Below are positions 23,624-37,430 of a DNA stretch of 42,765 nt, piece after piece. Position numbers and translations under genes: made by a program. Under the pieces are notes generated by a model. That model searched no databases, was not told where the DNA came from, and worked only from the letters and a program-made list of their open reading frames with translations. Numbering within the stretch: the stretch's first letter is position 1; the number at the start of each line of letters is the position of its first letter. Source of the stretch: Octopus bimaculoides (taxonomy: Eukaryota); NCBI RefSeq assembly GCF_001194135.2, contig NC_068982.1, positions 147,774,636 to 147,817,400 of the forward strand. Direction: 5' to 3'.

Positions 23624-24477
23624 GCATATATATATNNNNNNNNNNNNNNNNNNNNNNNNNNNNNNNNNNNNNNNNNNNNNNNNNNNNNNNNNNNNNNNNN
23701 NNNNNNNNNNNNNNNNNNNNNNNNNNNNNNNNNNNNNNNNNNNNNNNNNNNNNNNNNNNNNNNNNNNNNNNNNNNNNNNNNNNNNNNNNNNNNNNNNNNN
23801 NNNNNNNNNNNNNNNNNNNNNNNNNNNNNNNNNNNNNNNNNNNNNNNNNNNNNNNNNNNNNNNNNNNNNNNNNNNNNNNNNNNNNNNNNNNNNNNNNNNN
23901 NNNNNNNNNNNNNNNNNNNNNNNNNNNNNNNNNNNNNNNNNNNNNNNNNNNNNNNNNNNNNNNNNNNNNNNNNNNNNNNNNNNNNNNNNNNNNNNNNNNN
24001 NNNNNNNNNNNNNNNNNNNNNNNNNNNNNNNNNNNNNNNNNNNNNNNNNNNNNNNNNNNNNNNNNNNNNNNNNNNNNNNNNNNNNNNNNNNNNNNNNNNN
24101 NNNNNNNNNNNNNNNNNNNNNNNNNNNNNNNNNNNNNNNNNNNNNNNNNNNNNNNNNNNNNNNNNNNNNNNNNNNNNNNNNNNNNNNNNNNNNNNNNNNN
24201 NNNNNNNNNNNNNNNNNNNNNNNNNNNNNNNNNNNNNNNNNNNNNNNNNNNNNNNNNNNNNNNNNNNNNNNNNNNNNNNNNNNNNNNNNNNNNNNNNNNN
24301 NNNNNNNNNNNNNNNNNNNNNNNNNNNNNNNNNNNNNNNNNNNNNNNNNNNNNNNNNNNNNNNNNNNNNNNNNNNNNNNNNNNNNNNNNNNNNNNNNNNN
24401 NNNNNNNNNNNNNNNNNNNNNNNNNNNNNNNNNNNNNNNNNNNNNNNNNNNNNNNNNNNNNNNNNNNNNNNNNNNNN

Positions 24478-24512
<35 letters not shown>

Positions 24513-24711
24513 CATATATATAATATATATTGTATAAAAATATATACAAATTGTTTATTGTATATAAATGCATTGATTTATATATAATATGGAATATGCT
24601 TATATAGCTACCTATATATATATATACATATATATGTGTGTGTGTGTGTCTGTCTGTCTGTGTGTGTCTCTATATACTCTATATATATATACATATGTAT
24701 ATTATATATAG

Positions 24712-24748
<37 letters not shown>

Positions 24749-24758
24749 NNNNNNNNNN

Positions 24759-24798
<40 letters not shown>

Positions 24799-25193
24799 TG
24801 TATATGATTATATATATGTGTGTGTATGTATGTATGTATGTATGTATACTCAATCATAAGCACTAAGCAATATCTCTGTTTTAATTTGATACATTGTTTA
24901 ATTGTTTATTTGGTACACACACACAAATATACACACATGCACACACGCACTTATGCACGCGCGCACGCACACACACTTCTCTCTCTCTCTCTCTCTCTCT
25001 CGCGTACCAATGTGTAAACAATATGTTTACTGACTGATAGAAGTAAATATATTGATGCTAGAATGAACAGTATTCATTCAACACACACACACACACACAT
25101 GTATATGTGCACGTGTGTGTGTGTATGTGTGTGTGNNNNNNNNNNATAAAAATCCAAGGCTGTGAAAGATTTTAGAACATTTATAAATATAAT

Positions 25194-25241
25194 GTCTTAT
25201 AGCTGTTTCCGGGATATTTTATATATCTCTTCATCGGAGAG
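25194..25241 (-). ncRNA. Hammerhead-like motif, U4C core
   Basis: Minus strand CTCT-CCGATGA-A-GAGATAT ataaa ATATCCC-G-GAAA-CAGCTA-TA-AGAC. Confidence 0.55.
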
Positions 25242-25515
25242 GGTGTGAGAAAATTGTTAACCAATAGTTATTCCAGATAAGATATGAAATAGAAAGTGAA
25301 ATGGAGGAATGAAAATAGAAGTGGGATATGCAGGGATATTGCATCCGTAGATCCATTATTTAAGTAGAATGGTATACATAGAAAATTCCAGTACCTTGTG
25401 AGTAAGTTCCAATAGCATTTAAAATTGGTCATACCAAGCATAGTTTGTACACGGTTTTATTGAATCAAGGGTTTTATTTAAAGTGACTTAAAAGTTGCGG
25501 ATGTATTTGTATATG

Positions 25516-25564
<49 letters not shown>

Positions 25565-27187
25565 NNNNNNNNNNNNNNNNNNNNNNNNNNNNNNNNNNNN
25601 NNNNNNNNNNNNNNNNNNNNNNNNNNNNNNNNNNNNNNNNNNNNNNNNNNNNNNNNNNNNNNNNNNNNNNNNNNNNNNNNNNNNNNNNNNNNNNNNNNNN
25701 NNNNNNNNNNNNNNNNNNNNNNNNNNNNNNNNNNNNNNNNNNNNNNNNNNNNNNNNNNNNNNNNNNNNNNNNNNNNNNNNNNNNNNNNNNNNNNNNNNNN
25801 NNNNNNNNNNNNNNNNNNNNNNNNNNNNNNNNNNNNNNNNNNNNNNNNNNNNNNNNNNNNNNNNNNNNNNNNNNNNNNNNNNNNNNNNNNNNNNNNNNNN
25901 NNNNNNNNNNNNNNNNNNNNNNNNNNNNNNNNNNNNNNNNNNNNNNNNNNNNNNNNNNNNNNNNNNNNNNNNNNNNNNNNNNNNNNNNNNNNNNNNNNNN
26001 NNNNNNNNNNNNNNNNNNNNNNNNNNNNNNNNNNNNNNNNNNNNNNNNNNNNNNNNNNNNNNNNNNNNNNNNNNNNNNNNNNNNNNNNNNNNNNNNNNNN
26101 NNNNNNNNNNNNNNNNNNNNNNNNNNNNNNNNNNNNNNNNNNNNNNNNNNNNNNNNNNNNNNNNNNNNNNNNNNNNNNNNNNNNNNNNNNNNNNNNNNNN
26201 NNNNNNNNNNNNNNNNNNNNNNNNNNNNNNNNNNNNNNNNNNNNNNNNNNNNNNNNNNNNNNNNNNNNNNNNNNNNNNNNNNNNNNNNNNNNNNNNNNNN
26301 NNNNNNNNNNNNNNNNNNNNNNNNNNNNNNNNNNNNNNNNNNNNNNNNNNNNNNNNNNNNNNNNNNNNNNNNNNNNNNNNNNNNNNNNNNNNNNNNNNNN
26401 NNNNNNNNNNNNNNNNNNNNNNNNNNNNNNNNNNNNNNNNNNNNNNNNNNNNNNNNNNNNNNNNNNNNNNNNNNNNNNNNNNNNNNNNNNNNNNNNNNNN
26501 NNNNNNNATATATATATATATATATATACAAATATCTTTGAGTGTGAAGAAAATGTGTATATATATATATAAACACAAAGATATTGGCAGATAGATATAG
26601 ACATATATACATATACATATATGTGTGTGTGTGGATAGATAGATATAAAATGTTTTAGTTATTTATTTATATAATATATATATGTATGTATGTATGTATA
26701 CCTATATTTACACAAACGGACATAGAATAAACATGCTTTCACGCTAGGCTCATGTAGAGGTAGGCGTGACAATAGTTTCTGTCGGCTTAACTCTAAATTA
26801 TTTTTGATGTAAGGAAAATATTATGAAACGTGGAATAATGGACATATTTTCCCACATATAGTAGCCCAGTAACTTGTGATTATATATTTGTTGTAGCTGT
26901 TCGTATTATTGTTGCTGTTGTTCTTCAAATATCAGTATGCCCATGCGCGCACGTCGATGTGTATGTGTGTGTGAGTGTGAGTGTGTCGTAGATAAAGGTA
27001 AGTTAAAGGAGACAAAATGAAAGAAACAGACAATAAATATATATATATCGGAGTATACATACAACTGTATGTGTGTACTATATTTATGCTGCTTCGCAAG
27101 GTACCATACACATACATATATACATGCATACAAAAATACGTTCATACATATATACATACATACATACATGCAATTATATTATAATTA

Positions 27188-27253
<66 letters not shown>

Positions 27254-27722
27254 GCAATATTGTGTGTATGATGTGCAATTTATATTTAAACTATGCTATA
27301 AAATATATATTGATATATATTATACATCATACATATAGCAAGAATATGTTTGTGTGATAGATAGATAGATAGATAGATAGATAAATATGTATATATGTGT
27401 GTGCGTGTCTGTGTGTGAACCAGTGTGTGTGTGTGTGTTTATATCTGTAAAAACATATATATAATCTTGATATAAAACTCATAATATAAGGTAATATGTA
27501 TAATTTATACATACAATATGGTCTAGTGTGTATAATATATACACATACATTCTTAAGTACCTGTCTGGATATTATATTTGACAAACACACACACACGCAT
27601 ACACAAAAACATACACATACATAGACAGGCATGTAGAAAAATATAGATTCATAGATGATATATACATATAAATATATATACTGCAAATGCAAATACATAT
27701 ATAACGAATTACATTTCATGTA

Positions 27723-27791
<69 letters not shown>

Positions 27792-28431
27792 AATATAAAC
27801 ATGTGTGTGTGAGTGTGTGTTTGTATATCCCCATGAGCATCTTTATACAAATATATACGTATAATATATGTGGTATAAAAATAAATCCGTGTGTATATAT
27901 ATTTATTTACTTATATTTATATAGTCATATATATTTATATATATATATATATAAATAAATATATATATATGCATATTGTGATAGAGAGAGAGTGTGCGAC
28001 AGTGAGAAAAATATATATTTATTTACAGTAAAATAAACATGCACAAATATATATATAATACATTTTTAATATTATATTATATTGTATTATATTATGTAAT
28101 ATTTATGTGCGTGTTTGCACACTATATAGGTATTAAATATATACCCATATATCCATATTTGCATATGTGCGTATATGTATTAATATATTAAATTCTAAGA
28201 TAATTTTTATATTTAAACGTACTCAAACCATATATGTATAATATGCTCATATAGTATATACGCATGTTTGTATGCGTACATATGTATAAACACATATATG
28301 TATTATATATCTGTGAATTATGTATATACATTTATGTGATACCCGCATTATATTTGTATACCGTTGTGAATTTATAAAATAATAGAGGGAAACCATTTAC
28401 ATATTGAAATACATATATTACATATTTTAAG

Positions 28432-28467
<36 letters not shown>

Positions 28468-28643
28468 CTTAACTCAGATATGTTTCCACTAAGGATTGGC
28501 CCAGGAATGTCTGACTATCATGTATGTATGTATGTATGTGTATATGCATGTATTTATGTATATAAACATGCATATTATTTATTATATATATTATATATGT
28601 ATTGTATATATATATATATGATATATATATATATATATATATA

Positions 28644-28678
<35 letters not shown>

Positions 28679-29452
28679 NNNNNNNNNNNNNNNNNNNNNN
28701 NNNNNNNNNNNNNNNNNNNNNNNNNNNNNNNNNNNNNNNNNNNNNNNNNNNNNNNNNNNNNNNNNNNNNNNNNNNNNNNNNNNNNNNNNNNNNNNNNNNN
28801 NNNNNNNNNNNNNNNNNNNNNNNNNNNNNNNNNNNNNNNNNNNNNNNNNNNNNNNNNNNNNNNNNNNNNNNNNNNNNNNNNNNNNNNNNNNNNNNNNNNN
28901 NNNNNNNNNNNNNNNNNNNNNNNNNNNNNNNNNNNNNNNNNNNNNNNNNNNNNNNNNNNNNNNNNNNNNNNNNNNNNNNNNNNNNNNNNNNNNNNNNNNN
29001 NNNNNNNNNNNNNNNNNNNNNNNNNNNNNNNNNNNNNNNNNNNNNNNNNNNNNNNNNNNNNNNNNNNNNNNNNNNNNNNNNNNNNNNNNNNNNNNNNNNN
29101 NNNNNNNNNNNNNNNNNNNNNNNNNNNNNNNNNNNNNNNNNNNNNNNNNNNNNNNNNNNNNNNNNNNNNNNNNNNNNNNNNNNNNNNNNNNNNNNNNNNN
29201 NNNNNNNNNNNNNNNNNNNNNNNNNNNNNNNNNNNNNNNNNNNNNNNNNNNNNNNNNNNNNNNNNNNNNNNNNNNNNNNNNNNNNNNNNNNNNNNNNNNN
29301 NNNNNNNNNNNNNNNNNNNNNNNNNNNNNNNNNNNNNNNNNNNNNNNNNNNNNNNNNNNNNNNNNNNNNNNNNNNNNNNNNNNNNNNNNNNNNNNNNNNN
29401 NNNNNNNNNNNNNNNNNNNNNNNNNNNNNNNNNNNNNNNNNNNNNNNNNNNN

Positions 29453-29485
<33 letters not shown>

Positions 29486-29487
29486 GA

Positions 29488-29522
<35 letters not shown>

Positions 29523-30279
29523 TTTCATAGAATTTATATTCTATGTAGTTTAAACCTATACATTATATCATATGACTATCGAATGCATGTAGATTATGTA
29601 TATGTGTACCATATATATTACTGTTTACTATATAAATGTATTACTATATTAATATTTAAGCTTACTATACAAATATACATCGAAATCTATATATACGCAT
29701 ATATATATACTTACACACTCACACACACACACACATTATATATATATATATTATATACACACGCATACACACATTTATTTGTACGTATATATATATATAT
29801 ATATAAATATAAAGAGAGAAACGCAGAGAAAGAAAGATACATGCGTATATTATATGTCATAAGTATGTATATATATATGAGTGTATGTAACCTCTCTGGA
29901 ATAGAATCGTTTTGGCAATCATTGGGTTCTGGTAAAAGATAAATTTATGCATATTCTACAAAACGTGTTGAGTAATCTTTTAGTTTAATGTAAATATATT
30001 TTTACAATAACTCGACATAGAAAATAACGTAAACACACACACACACGCACACATGTGTATATAAACTTATATATATATATATATATGCATGTATGTATGT
30101 ATTAATATGTATATTATGGATATGTGTATTTCCTGTATGCATACACATTCTTAAGTTGTTTTTATATTAAGCATCTGATTTTCATGAATGTGTGTATGCG
30201 TGAGTGTGTGTGTAAGTATGTAATAGCAGCAGCAGTGGTAGTAGTAGCAGTAGTAGTAGACATTCGTCGGTATCAAATG

Positions 30280-30333
<54 letters not shown>

Positions 30334-30458
30334 TGCACATATACTTGCTATATAGCTATTACATTTATGTATATGCCTGTATTCGTTTTGTACATGTAAT
30401 GTATCATCTATACGTACATTTGTGTATACACTCATATATATACATATATAGTTCAAAA

Positions 30459-30511
<53 letters not shown>

Positions 30512-30811
30512 GTATATACATATGTCTATACCCATATCTATGTATACATACTAATACGCACACACTCGCACTTGCACACACATGCACACACTATATTTTA
30601 TATATTCAGTTAATTATGAATAACTTAAATTGGTACATATGTGTTGCTTAGTGCCTGTGTGTTAGCGCGTGTGTATGTATAATATATATGCACCTACTTG
30701 TTAGTAGTTATTTCAAATATTTTTATATGTTCGAACACATATGTATGCGTATGTATGTAAACACGCGTATGTACACACATGCACACACGCAAACAAACCT
30801 TTGTTAGTATG

Positions 30812-30852
<41 letters not shown>

Positions 30853-31050
30853 GCATGTATATATGACATACATTCATTTATGCATATATACGTATGTAGA
30901 TAGAGAGAAAGAGACAGGGAGAGAGGAGGATTAATAGAGTAAGAAAGAGGGAAGGAAGGAAGAGAGAGGTACTTCGAAGTTCCTAATTACCCCCTTTATG
31001 TAACGGCTTCATATCTAGTAAATGTTATTGCGTAATACTACAGTTTAGTA

Positions 31051-31268
31051 TTCTTTTCTACTCTAGGCACAAGGCCCGAAACTTTTGGCAGGAGGGGGCC
31101 AGTCGATTAGATCGATACAATACGCGACTGGTACTTAATTTGTCGACCCCGAAAGGATGAAAGGCGAAGTCGACCTCGGCGGAATTTGAACTCAATACAT
31201 TAAAACAGACGAAATACCGCTAAGCACTTCGCCCGGCGTGCTAACGTTTCTACCAGATCGCCCCCTTC
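31051..31268 (-). mobile_element. SINE family D, best copy; core resembles Deu/Nin-type SINE domains (tentative)
   Basis: Minus strand GGCGATCTGGTAGAAACGTTAGC..GAGTTCAAATTCC (B box)..GCCTTTCATCCTTTCGGGGTCGACAAATTAAGTACCAG. Confidence 0.85.
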
Positions 31269-31401
31269 ATCCAGTTTAATATTAAATTCTTTCTACCTTC
31301 ACATAAAAACTAACTTCATCTTATAGGTTTAAGTATGTGTGTACACATACATACACATATACATACATATATAATACATAATACATACATACATACATGT
31401 T

Positions 31402-31687
31402 CTACTGCGTGGAAGTTTGATCAAGTGTCTTCCATTATACTCTAGGGCTGACCAAAGCCTTGTGTGTATATATATATATTTGGTAGACGGTGTGTCTGTG
31501 TTTGTTCCCCCATCATCGCTTGATAACCGATGTTGCTGTGCTTACGTCTCCGTAACTTAGCGGTTCCGGGAAAGAACCGTTAGAATAAGTACTAGTTTTA
31601 CAAAGAATATGTCGTGCGGTCGATTTGTTCGACTAAAGGCGGTGCTCTAGTATGGCCGCAGTCAAACGACTGAAACAAATAAAAGAA
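31402..31687 (+). mobile_element. SINE family A, 5'-truncated
   Basis: GACCAAAGCCTTGTG..CGTAACTTAGCGGTTC..GGCCGCAGTCAAACGACTGAAACA. Confidence 0.88.
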
Positions 31688-32054
31688 TATATATATGTAT
31701 ATATATATATATATGAAACAAAAATGTACATCTGTACATATGTTACATATTATATTCTGTTCGCTTAACTTGGAATCTGCACTTCGGAAATACTATTGAN
31801 NNNNNNNNNNNNNNNNNNNNNNNNNNNNNNNNNNNNNNNNNNNNNNNNNNNNNNNNNNNNNNNNNNNNNNNNNNNNNNNNNNNNNNNNNNNNNNNNNNNN
31901 NNNNNNNNNNNNNNNNNNNNNNNNNNNNNNNNNNNNNNNNNNNNNNNNNNNNNNNNNNNNNNNNNNNNNNNNNNNNNNNNNNNNNNNNNNNNNNNNNNNN
32001 NNNNNNNNNNNNNNNNNNNNNNNNNNNNNNNNNNNNNNNNNNNNNNNNNNNNNN

Positions 32055-32090
<36 letters not shown>

Positions 32091-32706
32091 CGTAAAGGAA
32101 TAGGGTTTTCAAATCCAGGCAGGTAACTTTATGAGCACTCTGATCCAATCCAGATTTAGTTAATTATCGAAACATTTACAATCGTTTATGATAATTAAAC
32201 TGTACTTCATTCGATAGATAAATCCTGAATTCGCTCCTTTGGATTTCGTGTAGCATACAAAGTATATAATCATGATATCAAAATGAAGAATGGGGAATTA
32301 TATGTGTTTAAAATTTATATATTGAAATAAACCACTTCGCTTCTCCCACCTGTATGTGTATCACCTCGAATAATGTTGCATAGGGTTGTCAACTTTTAGA
32401 TGAATCTGTATTGCAATTGATTTAATATAAATCAACTTTATGTACAGAAATGTTATATCGAAAGACACTGACTGGGTGACTTATGCAGCAGAAACACGTG
32501 TTGGAATGGAATATGAAGATAATACTTTAATAACTTTCAATAAATATATTTTGAAGTAGTATAATTCTCCGTTCTCCATTATGATGTCTTGACTATATGA
32601 GTGTGAGCGAGTGAGTGTATATGTATATATATGTATATACGCATACGCACACACACATACTCGCACTACCCACTTATATATACACACATATAAATATACA
32701 AGCATA

Positions 32707-32740
<34 letters not shown>

Positions 32741-33539
32741 CACGCATATATATATCTGTAACTATATACCCGTACAAATAAACACCCATACATGTATGTA
32801 AATATTCACATATGTGTGTTTGTGCCTGCACAATTGTGTACATCATGTGTTTGTATGTTTGTGTGAGTGTGTGTGTGCGCGTGTTTGTGTGTGTGTGTGT
32901 GTATGTGTGTGTGTCTGTGTGTGTGTTTGTGTGTGTGTGTGCGTTGGTTGGTTCCGAATTTACATTCACAAAATAAAGCATTATACCAGTTATTAGTTAA
33001 CAATTCAAGAATAGGTACCTACTTCGTAATTTAATTTATTATTTTTAGCTCCATGTCCGACTGGAATTGGTTACAAGTAAACCAGCAAATATTTGGCCCC
33101 GATGGTCATCCATATGTCTGTTGGAATCAGAAAACTTTCTTACATAATATACCCACACGGTGCGCGCGTGTGTATGCGTGTGCGCGAAAAATTCTTTTAT
33201 ATTTTGCTTTATTTTTTTTTTGTTATTTGTTATTTGTGATGCAGATTTTTATATATACATTTTTTTGTTTATATATATTACTCTTGTGATTGTTTGGCTA
33301 CGTGTTTCGTTTCGCTTTATTTTCTATCAATTAATTTTATATGTGCGTCTGTGTTGTGTACATGTGTGCATCTATGCGATTCTGTATTTCTTTATATATT
33401 ATATAATATAACATTATCTGTGTGTGTGTGTATGTGGGCTTCGATATGTGTGTGGGTATGTATGTAGGCTTCAATATGTGTGTGTGCGTGTTTGTAAGTC
33501 AAAAGTTTAATGTTAATTCAATTAGTGAGATAGTTACAA

Positions 33540-34260
33540 ATGTATATGTATTATTAGCGATGCGTTCATTTGCTTTTGTTTTCTATGTGGTGCTGATAGT
33601 GTTGTTGCTGTTGCTGTTAGTGGTGGTGGTGGTAGTAGTGGTGATAATTGTGACTGTTGTAGTGTTGGTGTTGCTGCTGCTGTTGCTGCTGCTACAGCGG
33701 TTGTGGATGTTTGTGGTGTTGGCGGCGGTGGTCGTAACACTGGTAGGGTTGACGGTGCCGTGGACGTCGGCGGTGTTGGAGATCGTGACGGAAGTTGTGG
33801 TAGCAGCAGTGGTGGTAGTGGTAGTAGTAGGGGTGATGGTGGTGATGGTGCTGTTGATTGTAATTGTTGTTGTTGTGGTGGTGGTGGTGGTGTCACTGCT
33901 ATTTGTCCTCCTTGTCGCTCTTATTTGTTAGCCTCTTTGCTGATATTGGTAAGCGGCAGCGGTGTTTTTTCTTTTTGTTGTTGATTGTCGTGATGATAAC
34001 AATGGCGACGTTGGTGGTGTTGTTTCTCAGTGGTGCCGATAGTGGTGGTGGTGGAGGGTGTTCTGTCGCTAGTGTCGTTTTCTCCGAAATTGTGTTAATG
34101 TTAGTGTTGGTATTGATGTTTGATAGAAATAGTGATAGAGGTTCTCTTATTAGACATAGTAGTAGTAACAGTAACCGTGTTAATAATACAAGCCCCGGCG
34201 ATACAAAATGGCGGCGGAGGTGACGATGGTGGCATTCAGACTACGCTCGTTGTGCGCGTG
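33540..34260. promoter_or_regulatory. CpG-rich, trinucleotide-repeat-rich region; candidate promoter or non-coding first exon
   Basis: Sharp rise in GC and CpG, (CAC/CAA/CAG)n on the minus strand, YY1 motif, stops in all three minus frames at about 33900-33930. Direction unresolved. Confidence 0.4.
34204..34215 (+). promoter_or_regulatory. YY1/Pho consensus site, overlapping an ATG
   Basis: CAAAATGGCGGC matches the YY1 consensus. Confidence 0.55.
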
Positions 34261-34335
34261 TGTGTGTTTGTGTAGTGTGGGTATATGTATGTGTGTGTAT
34301 GCATATGTGTTTGTGTTTGTATGTGTTTGTATGTA

Positions 34336-34366
<31 letters not shown>

Positions 34367-35102
34367 TTTCGAAAATTCCTTGATTCTGTTTTTGTTTTGT
34401 TTTGTCTTCACGCAACAGCCACACACATTCTGTGTATGGTGTTTTCTTCACTTTACTACCTTCTACGGTTTTAAGCATAGGAACCACCAGTTCAGCGACA
34501 AAAGATACGAGTACATGTGGTGTCTGTGTGCTTGTTTGTGTGTATGCGTGTATGCCTAATGTGTGTGTGTGTGTCTGTGTCTGCTCGTCTGTTGTGTGTC
34601 TGCGTGTGAGGCGAAAAACGTTTATATGTGTATTTGTGTGTGGTTTTTAGGCATGTGTGTCTGTGTGTGTGTGTGTTTTATGTCTGTCAGTGTACGAAGT
34701 GAAGAAAGATTAAAAGAGAGGGAGAAAAAGAGNNNNNNNNNNNNNNNNNNNNNNNNNNNNNNNNNNNNNNNNNNNNNNNNNNNNNNNNNNNNNNNNNNNN
34801 NNNNNNNNNNNNNNNNNNNNNNNNNNNNNNNNNNNNNNNNNNNNNNNNNNNNNNNNNNNNNNNNNNNNNNNNNNNNNNNNNNNNNNNNNNNNNNNNNNNN
34901 NNNNNNNNNNNNNNNNNNNNNNNNNNNNNNNNNNNNNNNNNNNNNNNNNNNNNNNNNNNNNNNNNNNNNNNNNNNNNNNNNNNNNNNNNNNNNNNNNNNN
35001 NNNNNNNNNNNNNNNNNNNNNNNNNNNNNNNNNNNNNNNNNNNNNNNNNNNNNNNNNNNNNNNNNNNNNNNNNNNNNNNNNNNNNNNNNNNNNNNNNNNN
35101 NN

Positions 35103-35760
35103 GGAAAAAGAGGAGGGTGTGTTTGGAATTAAAGAAAAGAGAAAGGAAAGAAAAATATGAAGGAAGACGAGAAGAGGTGATAAAGGAAACGGAAGGAAGA
35201 GAAGGAAGATGGGGGGGAGAAGGAAAGAGGAGTGTCTTGAATGAATGACGGGAGGGGGGGGAAGAAGGAACGAGAGAGAGAGAGAGAGAGAGCGAATGGA
35301 GAGGAAACGATTGAAAGAATTGAGAGGGAATGAATAATAAGGAGTAAATTGAAGGAGGAGTTGAGAAAGAGGAGAAGGTGATATTAGAAAAGAAGAACGT
35401 AAGAAGAAGGGGAGAAGTGAGGAAAGGTGGAATGTGCGGAGTTAAGAAAAAGGTAAAAGGAGAAGGGGAAAAAGAAAGTAAGACAAAGAGGAGGAAGGGG
35501 AGGAGGAAGGCGTTAGCGGAACTTAGGACAGGAAAAAGATAAAGAAGATGCGAGAAACGGGAAGATGGACGAGGAAGAAAAAGGAAAGAATTAAGAAGTG
35601 TAAGGAAGGAAGCAAGGACGGAAGGAAGGAAGACGAGGAAATAGGAAGGAGAGAATGTCGTTAAAAACAGAGAGAAAATTAAAAGACTCGAAGAAGAAAT
35701 GTAGAGAAATGTAGAAGGACGAGGAGGAGGAGAAACGGAAAGTAGATGACGGCAACTAAT
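35103..35760 (+). repeat. ~650-bp purine-rich (GA-rich) low-complexity tract
   Basis: Plus strand is overwhelmingly A/G (AAGG, GAGA, GGAGGA units). Confidence 0.9.
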
Positions 35761-35856
35761 GGCATCAAAAGCACGCATATACATACAGTCACTACGGGCA
35801 AACACGCGCGTGCACACACACTAACACACACCCAGAGAAGCATATGAATATATTAC

Positions 35857-35937
<81 letters not shown>

Positions 35938-36940
35938 TAAAAAAATAAGGAGTGCGTAAATATTTTAAATTTTCCGTTTGCTGTGCTTTTGTCAAATCTG
36001 TGAAAGATACATACATACATGCATATATATATATATATATATATATAAATTAGAGTGTGTATGTTAGTAGACATATGTGTACTTATGTGTGTGTGTGTGT
36101 GTATTTGCATGTATATAATATACACACAGGGCCTGTGTCTTAGCTAAGTGGCATTGAAGGGGTAGTGTTTACATATGAGATTTTGAGTATGCATATGCGC
36201 ATGTCTATATGTGTATATGTGTGTGTATGTGTGTGTCTATGTGTGTTCGTTTGAAAACGTGCATCTATGTATAATACGGGAAGTCAAACCGTATATAAGG
36301 CGTATGTATGTGTGAATGTATGTATTTATTACGTATATAATATAAGCACACAAACACATACACACACACACACACACGCGTATAGAATTGCATGTTTTAT
36401 GTATATATCATGTAATATATACAATATGTATTATATCTACATATATGAGGTATATATATGGTATTTTCACACAAACTGTTATATATAGATATATATTACA
36501 CATCCTTACGCGCAGGTATGCATGTATGTGTGTATTTATGTATATGCATATATGTGCGTGTACATATATATACCTTCATTATTAATATATGTGTAAGTAT
36601 ATGCATATGTGTGTGCGTGCGTGTGTGCTCCCTCATAAAGCAGATACTCCAGAGAGTATTGTATAATTAGTGCTAACGAGGTATTTTCTTCAAAATTGTT
36701 CGTCAAATAGTCATAAAGTTATGAATTAATTTGTGCTGCCACACACACACATACACACACACACTCGTAAACATACACACACACTTTTTAAACATACACG
36801 CACACTTGTATCATAAAGTAAGCTTGTGTGTGTGCACCACGATGTAGTAACCCTTAAAGAATTTATTGAAGAAAAATATATTTTGAAATAGTGTAACCTA
36901 TCAAAGAAACGGTGGAGAAAGAAAACGAGAGCAAGAGATG

Positions 36941-36983
<43 letters not shown>

Positions 36984-37151
36984 CAATAGTAGTATATGCA
37001 TATGTATATATGTGTGCGTGTTTGTGTGTGAGTACCTGTATATAGGTGTAAGTGTAGACCTGCACATATATAGTCATAAACACACATACATATACATCTA
37101 TCCATAAATACATAGATACATATAATACACACACACACACACACATATAGT

Positions 37152-37187
<36 letters not shown>

Positions 37188-37249
37188 ACATATATATGTA
37201 TATATATATAAACATACATATATATGTGTGTATACAGATTGACCGTTGA

Positions 37250-37430
37250 CTGAACACTATTCATTTTTTTTCTCCGTGTTTTTCTCCTTGTCTCCGTATT
37301 CTTTCTGTTGAAGAGCGTAGCTCGAAACGTCAAAGACTTTCCGTATTCCCGAGCGTCATACTAATATATACTTTTGTTATTTATACCACCTGTCCTCGTC
37401 TGTTGTTATTTTTTGTATATTCTCCCATAT
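37250..37430 (+). mobile_element. PLE-type terminus family E with hammerhead-like motif at 37300-37336
   Basis: TCTTT-CTGTTGA-A-GAGC gta GCTC-GAAA-CGT-C-AAAGA; inverted near-copy of 21721-21902. Confidence 0.75.

Noticed and set aside
33049-33289. Plus-strand MSDWNWLQ... ORF or mini-exon
   Set aside because: Runs into low-complexity T-rich sequence; no homology recognised.
33422-34474. V-rich, G-rich and P/T-rich ORFs
   Set aside because: By-products of trinucleotide low complexity; no continuous frame with a credible start, no domain.
5164-35817. Long ORFs containing X runs (up to 488 aa)
   Set aside because: They stay open only because N-gaps hide stops; flanks are microsatellite translations.
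9231-37333. YI/HT/CV/LS-rich ORFs
   Set aside because: Translations of (TA)n, (CA)n, (TG)n and (CT)n repeats with no protein signal.
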